This document shows, piece by piece, positions 1 through 7,964 of a stretch of DNA of 46,914 nucleotides. This DNA is from a virus: the IMG/VR virus record IMGVR_UViG_3300032277_000009, positions 1-46,914 of that record; one strand, 5' to 3'. Within the stretch, counting starts at the first letter, position 1. Every line of letters begins with the position of its first letter. The notes below the pieces were generated by a model, which saw only the letters and a list, made by a program, of their open reading frames with translations, was not told the DNA's origin and did no database searches. The position numbers were made by a program, and so were the translations under genes.

Positions 1-127
1 CAAACCCAGACACGGACTCAGAAGGCTTGATGCAATGACCAACCAACTCCCCGCCAGTGGCGCAACGCCAGCCCAGCAGATCAACAACCTCGCGAAGCAG
101 GTGACGCGCCTGACCGAGAAGCTCGCA
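1..127. repeat. Terminal overlap copy 1, identical to 46788..46914. Marks a circular or circularly permuted assembly. Bases 1..38 duplicate the 3' end of terS.
   Basis: All 127 nt compared by eye with the last 127 nt and found identical. The repeat cuts through coding sequence. Confidence 0.95.
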
Positions 128-268
128 AGCGCCAAGAAAGAGAACGAAGAGCTGCACGAGATCAACACCGCGCTGCGCAAGGAACGCGACGACATCATCG
201 CGCAGATCGAGGCCGCCGCCGACCCCGAGTCGACCACCGAAGGCGACAGCGATCTCGTCGACGGCTAG
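35..268 (+). CDS. Hypothetical coiled-coil protein (77 aa) between TerS and TerL
   Basis: ATG overlaps the terS stop (ATGA). Heptad-like LAKQVTRLTEKLASAKKENEELHEINTALRKERDDIIAQIE and an acidic C-terminus. Confidence 0.6.
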   Translation: MTNQLPASGATPAQQINNLAKQVTRLTEKLASAKKENEELHEINTALRKERDDIIAQIEAAADPESTTEGDSDLVDG

Positions 269-277
269 AGCGCGGCC

Positions 278-484
278 ATGACGCTCACCGCGGAGCAGAT
301 CGCTGCACTGGTCGTGCAGCGCGACGTCGCCTGGGCCACGCTACGCGAATATGACGGCCCGGGCGGCGTTGCGTATGCGAACCTGCTCGCCGAGAAGCTA
401 GCGGTCGAGCAGAGCTTGGCGACCGCGAAGGCACAGATCGACGACCTGCAGGAGCAGCTCGCCGCGTGCTTGGGTGAAGGCTAG
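278..484 (+). CDS. Hypothetical small helical protein (68 aa)
   Basis: ORF fills the gap up to the TerL start. Coding-like composition, no recognisable motif. Confidence 0.5.
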   Translation: MTLTAEQIAALVVQRDVAWATLREYDGPGGVAYANLLAEKLAVEQSLATAKAQIDDLQEQLAACLGEG

Positions 485-1876
485 TTGAAGATCGAACTCG
501 CATACCAGCCGCGCAGGTGGCAAGCGCAGTGCCACCAATGGCGCCGCCGCTTCAACGTCTTCGTCTTGCACCGCCGCGCGGGCAAGACCGAGATGGCGAT
601 CATGCAACTCATCCACGACGCGATGAGGTGCGAGAAACAGCTCGGCGCGTTCGCCTACATCGCGCCGCTGTTGAAGCAAGCCAAGCGCATCGTGTGGCGC
701 CGGCTGAAGCATCGCCTGCGGCAGTTGATCCAGCACGGCATGGTGGAGGTGAACGAGTCAGAACTGACCATCACCTTCACGCACAACGAAGCCACGATCA
801 GTCTCTACGGCGCCGACAACCCTGACGCGTTGCGCGGCATCTACCTCGACGGCGTCGTGCTCGACGAGGTCGCGCAGATGCAGCCCGAACTGTGGGACGA
901 AGTCGTGCGCCCGACGCTCGCCGACCGCAAGGGTTGGGCGGTGTTCATCGGCACGGTCAAGAGCGTCGACTTGTTCTACGACGTCTACATGCGCGGCCTG
1001 AACTTGCAGGACAAGCCGCGCAAGGATTGGCGCGTCGCGTCGTGGACGTGCTACGAAACAGGCGCGGTCGACGACGACGAGATCGAGTCGATGCGCGACG
1101 AGATGAGTGAGGCCGCGTTCGAACGCGAGCTGCTCAACAACTGGGACGTGCAAGGCGATGATCAGTTGCTCAGCATCGTCGACATTCGCGAGTCGATGGA
1201 GCGTGGCTACCGTCGCGGCGAACTCGACCACGCGCCGGTCGTGTTGGGTGTCGACCCGGCGCGCTTCGGCAACGACCGCAGCGTTATCGTGCGCCGCCAA
1301 GGCCTGCAGGTGTTCGACCCGATCATCAAGCGCGGCGCCGACAACATGCAGCTCGCGCGCATCATCGCGCAAGAGATCGTCGAGCACTCACCCGACGCGG
1401 TGTTCGTCGACAGCGGCGCGGGAGCCGGCGTGATCGACAGGCTGCGACAGCTCGGCCACAAGAGTGTCATCGAAGTTCCGTTCGGCGGCACGGCGGACAA
1501 CGACAAACTGTTCAACAACCACCGCACCGAAATGTGGTGGAAGATGCGCGACTGGATCGTCAGCGGCGGCGCGCTGCCGAACGACGAAAAGCTTCGCATG
1601 GAGTTGGCGACGCCGCTCTACAGCTACGACAAACGCGAGCGTCGGGTGCTCGAAGCGAAGGACGAGATCAAGAAGCGGCTGCCGAAGGCTGGGTCGCCTG
1701 ACATCGCCGACGCGGTCGCCTGCACGTTCAGCTCGGTGATCGAGAAAGAAGAGGATGACGTCGAGCACGAGCTGCCGCAGGTATACGAATCAGGCCGTAA
1801 CCCCGGCAGGAAGCACCGATACGGCAACGTCAGCCCCTTCGACCGGATGCGCTCGCTCAGGTCGAAGCGACGGTAG
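485..1876 (+). CDS. terL: Terminase large subunit
   Basis: 463 aa. Walker A-like HRRAGKTE (aa ~29-36), Walker B-like GVVLDEV, and a C-terminal RNaseH-like nuclease region (VLGVDPARFGNDRS, VFVDSGAGAGVIDRL). TTG start directly after the upstream TAG. There is no in-frame ATG upstream of Walker A. Confidence 0.9.
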   Translation: MKIELAYQPRRWQAQCHQWRRRFNVFVLHRRAGKTEMAIMQLIHDAMRCEKQLGAFAYIAPLLKQAKRIVWRRLKHRLRQLIQHGMVEVNESELTITFTHNEATISLYGADNPDALRGIYLDGVVLDEVAQMQPELWDEVVRPTLADRKGWAVFIGTVKSVDLFYDVYMRGLNLQDKPRKDWRVASWTCYETGAVDDDEIESMRDEMSEAAFERELLNNWDVQGDDQLLSIVDIRESMERGYRRGELDHAPVVLGVDPARFGNDRSVIVRRQGLQVFDPIIKRGADNMQLARIIAQEIVEHSPDAVFVDSGAGAGVIDRLRQLGHKSVIEVPFGGTADNDKLFNNHRTEMWWKMRDWIVSGGALPNDEKLRMELATPLYSYDKRERRVLEAKDEIKKRLPKAGSPDIADAVACTFSSVIEKEEDDVEHELPQVYESGRNPGRKHRYGNVSPFDRMRSLRSKRR

Positions 1877-1914
1877 GTCTTGCTGCGCGGCGGATTTCAA
1901 GGCACCATGCGCCA

Positions 1915-2373
1915 GTGACCCACCACTTGCGGCCAGCCATACCCGACGACGCGGAAGCCATCGCCACGCTCGGCATGGACTTCATCGGCAGGTTGAAGCT
2001 GAACGCGCGACCCAACCTTGAGAACGTCACGAGGTCGGTGCAAGCCATGCTCAACGACGAGTATGGCTGCGGTGTGGTCTTCTTCGTCAACGGCGAGCTG
2101 AAAGGCTTCCTGCTCGGCATCGCCGTGCCGATCTGGTTCGACGTGTCGAACTGGTCCGCGATCGAGCTGGCGTGGTGGATCGACCCCGAACACCGGGGCA
2201 GCCGCCACTCGATCGAGATGGTCAAGATGTTTGAGCAGTGGGCGGCGAACATGGAAGTCAGCCGCGTCGTGCTCTCCGATATCGAGTTCGAAGATCAAGC
2301 GCAGCCTGCCGGCACGCTGATCGAACGGCTCGGCTACACACTGCACGAACGTGCTTTCGTCAAGGTGATCTGA
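1915..2373 (+). CDS. GNAT-family N-acetyltransferase (GTG start; the ATG at 1976 is an alternative)
   Basis: 152 aa. GNAT core pattern ELAWWIDPEHRGSRHSIEMVKMFEQWA, followed by VVLSD...LIERLGYTL. Confidence 0.65.
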   Translation: MTHHLRPAIPDDAEAIATLGMDFIGRLKLNARPNLENVTRSVQAMLNDEYGCGVVFFVNGELKGFLLGIAVPIWFDVSNWSAIELAWWIDPEHRGSRHSIEMVKMFEQWAANMEVSRVVLSDIEFEDQAQPAGTLIERLGYTLHERAFVKVI

Positions 2374-2714
2374 TGCTTTGCTACGCTGTCTCTACCGTCG
2401 CCGCTGTTGTGTCCGCCATCGCCGCTGTCGGCGGTGCGACGACTGCGGCCGTATCCGCTGACCGAGCAAACCGGGCGCGCAAGGCAGGCCGCAAGAAGCA
2501 AGAGGAAGAGCAGTCGCGCGCCGAGCAAGAGACGGCGGCGCAACAGCGCGACCAGCAGCGCGAGCTGCAGCGGCAGAACCGCGATGAGCCTGACATCGCC
2601 GCGCTGATCGCAGGCGCCGAACAGCCAGGCGGATCGAACACCTTCCTCACCGGCCAGCGAGGCACGGCCGGCACTGACGGGCAACTCGGCCGCAACACGC
2701 TGCTCGGCCAGTAA
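2373..2714 (+). CDS. Small membrane-anchored, highly charged protein upstream of the portal (113 aa)
   Basis: ATG overlaps the GNAT stop (TGATG). N-terminal hydrophobic segment MLCYAVSTVAAVVSAIAAVGG, a charged Q/E/R-rich helix, then a TFLTGQRGTAG...NTLLGQ tail. Confidence 0.6.
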   Translation: MLCYAVSTVAAVVSAIAAVGGATTAAVSADRANRARKAGRKKQEEEQSRAEQETAAQQRDQQRELQRQNRDEPDIAALIAGAEQPGGSNTFLTGQRGTAGTDGQLGRNTLLGQ

Positions 2715-4456
2715 TGCCCGCCACGCTCACCCAGAAGCACGCGGAACATACGCGTGATCCTCGCCCGCTGCCGACACGCCAGCAGGAGCGGCTGCAGCAA
2801 CTCAAGAACGAATACAACCAAGGTTGGCGTTCGCATCACGAGTTGCTGTTCGAGAACTTCCTGCCGTTCGGCGGGCGCTTCTTCGTCGACGATCGCAACG
2901 TCGGCGACCGCCGCCACGGCACGATCATCGACAGCACGCCACTGCACTCAGTGCGCACGCTCGCTGCCGGCCTCATGTCGGGCGCGACGTCGCCGGCACG
3001 TGTGTGGTTCCGTCTGCGCTTGAAGCAAGCCGAGCTGAACGAAGACCCGGCTGTGCAAGCGTGGCTCAGCGCGGCGAACGAGATCATGCTCGCGTGGATC
3101 GCGAATTCGAATCTCTACCACGAGCTACACCGCGGTTACGAAGAGATGGCCGTGTGTGGCACGTCGATCATCGTCCTGTTGCCGGACGATGAATCGGTGT
3201 TCCACGCCTACGGCGCAACGGCCGGCCAATACTTCTTGGACGCCGACGCGCGCGGCAAGATCAACACGTGCTACCGCGAGTTTCAACTCACCGTCGCGCA
3301 GGTCGTGCGTGAGTTCGGCTTCGACAACTGCCCTGGCTGGGTCAAGCGCGCGTTCAACGACGAAGAGTTCGGCACCGAAGTGCACGTGTGCCATGCGATC
3401 GAACCGAACGATGACCGCTACGTCGAAGGGTCAGCGCTCAAAGAGCAACTTCGATTCCGCTCGACATACTTCGTGTGGGGCGAGACCGAGAAAGAGAACG
3501 ACGTTGGCGGCCAGTTTCTGCGCGACGGCGGCTTCGATGAGTTCCCAGTGTTGGCGTTCCGCTGGAACGTTAGCGGCGGGGATATTTACGGGAACTCGCC
3601 CGGGATGGAATCGCTCGGGGATGCGATCCAGTTGCAGCACGAGCAGGAACGCAAGAGCGAGAACATCGACTTGCAGACGCGCCCGCCGTTGCAGGTGCCG
3701 CCATCGCTGAAGCACCACGAGGTCGACGGCGAAGCTGGGGGCATCACCACGGTGCCGAACGGTGGCCGTGAGTCGGGCATCCGCACGTTGTTCGAGACGC
3801 GTCTGCAGCTCGACCACTTGCGCGAAGACATCGAAGACGTGCGCATGCGCATCCGTCGCACGATGTTCGTCGACTTGTTCATCATGCTGCAGCAGATCGA
3901 TAAGACGATGACTGCACGTGAGGTGATACAGCGGCAAGAAGAGAAGCTGCTCATGCTCGGCCCGATGCTGGAGCGCCTGTTCGACGACGGGTTGAAGCCG
4001 CTGATCGACTTGATCTTTTACTACCTGGCCGAAGCGGGCATGTTCCCGCCTCCGCCGGAGCAGCTCGCTACCGCAGAGCTTGACGTGCAGTTCGTGTCGC
4101 CGCTCGCGCAGGCGCAGCGCGGTATCGGCATCAACGCCATCGACCGCTTCTTGCAGACCATCGGTGCTCTTGGCAGCTTGAAGCCGAACGCGCTCGACGT
4201 GCTTGACGAAGACGAGACGGCACGCCATTACGCCGACATCCTCGGCATCGATCCGGACTTGCTCAAGGATCCCGAGGTCATCGCACGCATCCGCGCCGAT
4301 CGCGCGAAGCAACAGGCTGCGCTTGAGCAGGCCGACGCGCTGCAGAAGGTTACAGGAGCGCAGAAGAACGTGGCTGATGCTGCCGCCGCAGCGCCAGTCG
4401 ACGCCATCACGCAAGCCACCGGCTACAGCAACCCGAACGCGGCGGTCGGAGTGTGA
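2714..4456 (+). CDS. Portal (head-to-tail connector) protein, T7 gp8-like class
   Basis: 580 aa in the position after TerL. Shows IIDSTPLHSVRTLAAGLMSGATSPARVWFRLRL and GNSPGMESLGDAIQLQHEQERKSENIDLQTRPPLQVP, typical of podovirus connector proteins. TAATG overlap with the upstream gene. Confidence 0.85.
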   Translation: MPATLTQKHAEHTRDPRPLPTRQQERLQQLKNEYNQGWRSHHELLFENFLPFGGRFFVDDRNVGDRRHGTIIDSTPLHSVRTLAAGLMSGATSPARVWFRLRLKQAELNEDPAVQAWLSAANEIMLAWIANSNLYHELHRGYEEMAVCGTSIIVLLPDDESVFHAYGATAGQYFLDADARGKINTCYREFQLTVAQVVREFGFDNCPGWVKRAFNDEEFGTEVHVCHAIEPNDDRYVEGSALKEQLRFRSTYFVWGETEKENDVGGQFLRDGGFDEFPVLAFRWNVSGGDIYGNSPGMESLGDAIQLQHEQERKSENIDLQTRPPLQVPPSLKHHEVDGEAGGITTVPNGGRESGIRTLFETRLQLDHLREDIEDVRMRIRRTMFVDLFIMLQQIDKTMTAREVIQRQEEKLLMLGPMLERLFDDGLKPLIDLIFYYLAEAGMFPPPPEQLATAELDVQFVSPLAQAQRGIGINAIDRFLQTIGALGSLKPNALDVLDEDETARHYADILGIDPDLLKDPEVIARIRADRAKQQAALEQADALQKVTGAQKNVADAAAAAPVDAITQATGYSNPNAAVGV

Positions 4457-4458
4457 GC

Positions 4459-5724
4459 ATGCACGATCTAGCGCTAGAGCAGCTCCGCGGCGACTACCTT
4501 CACAGGTTTGATCGTTTACGGAACGACGCCCGGCGTGCGCAGCGCACACTGCAGGCGACGGACGCGTCGAAGGAAGATGCGGTCGATCAAGTCGTTCGCG
4601 TCACAGCACCTGGACACTTCGGGGCGCTTACGAATGGGGTCTACACGTTGGCTGCAGGCACGACGTATCTTGTCGTGACCGAGGTCGACTTAGGTGGCGC
4701 CCGGCTGGTGGCGTCCGCGAACACGGTAATCAGTGGCTACAGTTCTGAGAACTGCCGAATCAAGAGCACAGGGCTCACAGGGGTGGCGCTCCTTACGAGC
4801 ATCTACACGCTACCCCTGCTCCACATCACGATCGAGGCCGACGTGGCTCTCGATTTGGACGCGGTGGACAGCAACCAAGCGCTCGACTGGGACGGGGTCA
4901 ACTTCACCAACTGCGCGACGGTCGGCACGATCGCTAACTACGGGAACGTCATCTGGCGGGGTTGCGCGTTGCTGTCGTCTGCGAATCTCACGTTCGATGG
5001 TTCGATAGGGACTGTCGGTTTCGACGGGTGCTTGTTTGTCGGCATCGCGGGTCAGACGACGATTGACCTGCCGGCCACGTTCACCGCGACTCGTAGGTTC
5101 CGGGTCATCTACTCAGCTTTCGTTGTATTCGGGGGTGCTACAGGTATCGACGTGGACGTGAGTGCAACCATCCCCGTGGAGAGCTACATACTCGACACGG
5201 TGAACTTCAGCGGAGGTGCGACCTACACTGCCGGCGTCCCCTACAGCGACAACAAAGCGCTGTTCGTCAACAACAAGGGCATATCAAACTCCGCGTCGAT
5301 CGGCGTTATGACGATGACGGGTAACAGCACCGTGACCGCGGTTGCCGTCACCGACGTGGACTACAAGACTGAAGGTGTGACCACGCTCGACGCGGGTGTG
5401 AGCCAAAAGTTCACCATGCCGGTAGACAACCGGTTGACGTATGGCGGGGCGATCAACCGCGAGTTTCGCGTGACGGCGACGGTCACACTGACGTCAGCAA
5501 ACAACACCCAAGTCGGGGTGTCCTTCGCGAAGAATGGGTCGGTGGTTGCATCTAGCGAAGTGCTCACGACGACGGACGGTAACGGGCGCCACGAGAACAT
5601 CATGGCGCAGGCGGTTGTGCCGATGGCAGAGAACGACTACATCGAGGTGTGGGTCAAAAACGCGACCGACACCCGTGATATTACCGTGACCGACTTCAAC
5701 GTGGTGGTCGAGGCGCTCAACTGA
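4459..5724 (+). CDS. Beta-helix-like protein with a C-terminal jelly-roll-like domain (candidate receptor-binding protein or depolymerase)
   Basis: GGAG lies 7 nt upstream of the ATG at 4459 (a GTG at 4453 is also possible). Repetitive short beta-strand segments rich in G/T/V/N (VISGYSSENCRIKSTGLTGVALL..., NFTNCATVGTIANYGNVIWRGCALL...). C-terminus ENDYIEVWVKNATDTRDITVTDFNVVVEAL. GC is visibly lower than in the flanking genes. Confidence 0.6.
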   Translation: MHDLALEQLRGDYLHRFDRLRNDARRAQRTLQATDASKEDAVDQVVRVTAPGHFGALTNGVYTLAAGTTYLVVTEVDLGGARLVASANTVISGYSSENCRIKSTGLTGVALLTSIYTLPLLHITIEADVALDLDAVDSNQALDWDGVNFTNCATVGTIANYGNVIWRGCALLSSANLTFDGSIGTVGFDGCLFVGIAGQTTIDLPATFTATRRFRVIYSAFVVFGGATGIDVDVSATIPVESYILDTVNFSGGATYTAGVPYSDNKALFVNNKGISNSASIGVMTMTGNSTVTAVAVTDVDYKTEGVTTLDAGVSQKFTMPVDNRLTYGGAINREFRVTATVTLTSANNTQVGVSFAKNGSVVASSEVLTTTDGNGRHENIMAQAVVPMAENDYIEVWVKNATDTRDITVTDFNVVVEALN

Positions 5725-5966
5725 TGCCAACAGCTCTGAATCAAAGCACTACGTTCAGTTGGGCCATTCTGCTCACGATGCTCGCCGGGGTCGGCGGCGG
5801 CGCGATGTGGACTGGCAGCGTCAACACCAAGCTCGAACAGCTCGTCCAGGTCAATACGAAGCTGGTGCGGGCGTTCGAGGCCGACAGCAAAGAGCTGGCC
5901 ACACTCGCAGCGAAGGTGGCGGTGCTGGAGCAGCGCATCGTCACGTTGGAGAAGCGCGAGAAGTAA
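5724..5966 (+). CDS. Small membrane protein with one TM helix and a coiled coil (holin or i-spanin-like candidate)
   Basis: 80 aa with TGATG overlap. TM segment FSWAILLTMLAGVGGGAMW, then heptad-like LEQLVQVNTKLVRAFEADSKELATLAAKVAVLEQRIVTLEKREK. Confidence 0.6.
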   Translation: MPTALNQSTTFSWAILLTMLAGVGGGAMWTGSVNTKLEQLVQVNTKLVRAFEADSKELATLAAKVAVLEQRIVTLEKREK

Positions 5967-6012
5967 CGCGTGGGTAACGTCGGTCAGGTTTGGGCATCTG
6001 CTAAGGTTCTAC

Positions 6013-6312
6013 TTGCGGATGCGAAGACAAACACAGGGGTGGGTTACCGTCGGGGCGCTGGGCGTGCTAGCCTTGTTGGCCGCGAGCGGGACTCAGCAGC
6101 TCGCCGGCCTCGACGCCAAGATCGCGTTGTTGGTCGACCAAACACAAACACAAGCATCGGATAAGAGCATGGACACGCTGACCACAGTCGTCGAGAACCA
6201 AGCAGGCGTCACGATCACCGTCAACACCGACCGACTCCCGGGCGAGGAAGACGCGGACCAGCTCACCCGCCACCTGAAGCGCGTCGCGCTCGCGGAAGCA
6301 AGCGGGGGTTAG
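6013..6312 (+). CDS. Small signal-anchored protein (99 aa; TTG at 6013 or ATG at 6019)
   Basis: N-terminal RRQTQGWVTVGALGVLALLAASG hydrophobic anchor followed by a soluble domain. AAGG lies 6 nt upstream of the TTG. Confidence 0.55.
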   Translation: MRMRRQTQGWVTVGALGVLALLAASGTQQLAGLDAKIALLVDQTQTQASDKSMDTLTTVVENQAGVTITVNTDRLPGEEDADQLTRHLKRVALAEASGG

Positions 6313-6316
6313 CGCC

Positions 6317-6592
6317 GTGACGCAGCTGATCGTTCTTGCCGGGCTGACGCTCGCGTGCATCGCGACCGCAGCGGTGCTGCACTTCCTGATGCCCGACTCC
6401 CCGATGCCAGCGGTGATCCTCGGCGTTGCAACAGCTACGCTGATCCCCGGCATCGTCGGCGCCGTCAAAGAACTGAACGAGCGCGAGAAGCGCCGCGAAG
6501 AAGCGGAGCTGCGCGCCAAGCGCGAGACCGAACGCGCCGACAAACTTCTCGAAGAGACCCAGACGTTGAAAGGTCTCAAACTCCCCAAGTAG
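6317..6592 (+). CDS. Two-TM small membrane protein with a highly charged C-terminus (class II holin-like or i-spanin-like)
   Basis: 91 aa, GTG start. TM1 LIVLAGLTLACIATAAVLHFL, TM2 AVILGVATATLIPGIVGAV, then KELNEREKRREEAELRAKRETERADKLLEE. Confidence 0.6.
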   Translation: MTQLIVLAGLTLACIATAAVLHFLMPDSPMPAVILGVATATLIPGIVGAVKELNEREKRREEAELRAKRETERADKLLEETQTLKGLKLPK

Positions 6593-6599
6593 CAACCCC

Positions 6600-6824
6600 A
6601 TGAAACGCGCCCTGTTTCTGTGCGGCCTGTTGGCCGCGTCTTCTTGCACACCGCCCGCCGTCTACACGAAGGCGGACCGTGCAACCTTCGACTCGATCGC
6701 ACCTGAGTATCGCGACTACGTGCTCGGCGACGCGTCGCTCTCCCAGCCCGCTCGGGATCTGCGTTTGCTGAACGTCGAGACGTGGCGCAAGCGTCTCGAA
6801 GCCGCAGAGAAGGTGGTGAAGTGA
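6600..6824 (+). CDS. Small lipoprotein (o-spanin-like candidate)
   Basis: 74 aa. Signal peptide plus lipobox MKRALFLCGLLAASS|C, with a mature part of about 58 aa. Lies directly after the charged TM protein. Confidence 0.65.
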   Translation: MKRALFLCGLLAASSCTPPAVYTKADRATFDSIAPEYRDYVLGDASLSQPARDLRLLNVETWRKRLEAAEKVVK

Positions 6825-7525
6825 TGGTCCAGTTAAAGCAGTGGAAGAGCCACAAGATCATCAGAGCTGCACGCATCGTGTTGGTTTCGTCCGACGAAGA
6901 CTCGGTCGTGTTGATGCTCGACCCGGAGCATGCGACGAGCGACGACGGCACGAGACCGTTCGTCACGGTGCCGAAGACTTGGCCGCCGTTCTTGAACAAC
7001 AAGGTGCTCGTTGGCGGCTACTTCATCCTCTACAGCGACGGCTACGAATCGTGGTCGCCAGCCAAGCCGTTCGAGGAAGGCTACACCGAGGTTGCAGCCG
7101 AAGATGCTCCGGTAGCAGCGCCCGCGCACCCTTGGCGCGAACTCACCGGGCACCAAGTCAACCCCGCCAACGATCGGTTGAAGATCGAAGTTCTCGACGG
7201 GCCGGGCGCAGGTGGCGCGTGCCATCTCTACCACATCACGGGCTTCGACTCAGACACCAACGCGTCTGACCTTTGGAAAGCCCGACACGGCAAACCCGCG
7301 AAGCACTCGACGGTGCTGTTTCAGAACGGCCCGATCAACGAGGTCGGTGTCAACGGCGTCACGCACGAGGCGCTGCTCGCGATCATCATCGACCGGCTCG
7401 AAGGCTTCCAGAAGGGGCCGTTCGCGTGCCCCGAGAACGAGATCGCACTCAACGCGTTTTGGCTGGCGCAACGCGTTTTGGCTGGCGCAACGCACTCTCC
7501 ACCTACGGACCAAGCTGCGCGATGA
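6824..7525 (+). CDS. Two-domain conserved phage protein whose C-terminus is altered by a 19-bp tandem duplication. The inferred ancestral ORF is 6824..7556 minus 19 bp.
   Basis: ATGA overlap with the lipoprotein gene. N-terminal domain WKSHKIIRAARI...GGYFILYSDGYESWSPAKPFEEGY. C-terminal domain GPGAGGACHLYHI...VLFQNGPINEVGVNGVTHEALLAIIIDRLEGFQKGPFACPENEIALNAFWLAQR. The reading frame then leaves the conserved frame. Confidence 0.7.
   Translation: MVQLKQWKSHKIIRAARIVLVSSDEDSVVLMLDPEHATSDDGTRPFVTVPKTWPPFLNNKVLVGGYFILYSDGYESWSPAKPFEEGYTEVAAEDAPVAAPAHPWRELTGHQVNPANDRLKIEVLDGPGAGGACHLYHITGFDSDTNASDLWKARHGKPAKHSTVLFQNGPINEVGVNGVTHEALLAIIIDRLEGFQKGPFACPENEIALNAFWLAQRVLAGATHSPPTDQAAR
7451..7488 (+). 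repeat. Perfect 19-bp tandem duplication (aacgcgttttggctggcgc x2, plus a partial third aacgc)
   Basis: Read directly: 7451-7469 equals 7470-7488. The period is not a multiple of 3. Confidence 0.95.
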
Positions 7526-7552
7526 GCGCGGCGTCGAAGGAACGCACGAGAA

Positions 7553-7819
7553 ATGACAACTCCCGAACTCAAGCAACTCGTCGCCGACATCGAAGCGTCG
7601 ATCACCGATCCCGAACTCAAGCTGATCGCGACCACGCTCGCGACGCAGGTTGTGCGCGTTGCGGCGATCGCGGCGACGGACCCGCAGACCGCTGAGCGCG
7701 AGATGGCGCACGTGAAGTCGGCCACAACCAACCTCACGGCCGCCAGTCTGGCGACGGTCGAGGCCAAGATCCTCGACTACTTCGGCGCCGTTGTCCGCTC
7801 GGCCCTTGGCCTGGCGTGA
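7553..7819 (+). CDS. Hypothetical helical protein (88 aa)
   Basis: Its ATG at 7553 forms ATGA with the stop of the duplication-corrected upstream frame (7554-7556). Ala/Thr-rich helical sequence. Confidence 0.55.
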   Translation: MTTPELKQLVADIEASITDPELKLIATTLATQVVRVAAIAATDPQTAEREMAHVKSATTNLTAASLATVEAKILDYFGAVVRSALGLA

Positions 7820-7964
7820 ACTGGGTCTACGCCCTAGCTGCGGTTCTGACCGCAGTTTGGGCCTTTGCCGTCTGGAGTCTCACGCGCGTGTCTCGTGACC
7901 CAGATCCGGGATCCGATAATTGAGACCCATTTGCGGGACGCGGGAACCGTGGTAGGGTTCCGGC

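Noticed and set aside
5970-6164. An alternative 64-aa ORF overlapping the start of gene 6013-6312
   Set aside because: It is out of frame with a better ORF that encodes a clear signal anchor, and its translation is Arg/Gly-rich and low-complexity.
7820-7964. A terminator or promoter in the 145-bp gap before gene 7965-8264
   Set aside because: Only short hairpins are present (gcgg-ttctga-ccgc; ggaacc-N7-ggttcc), without U tracts or convincing -35/-10 hexamers. This is too weak to call.
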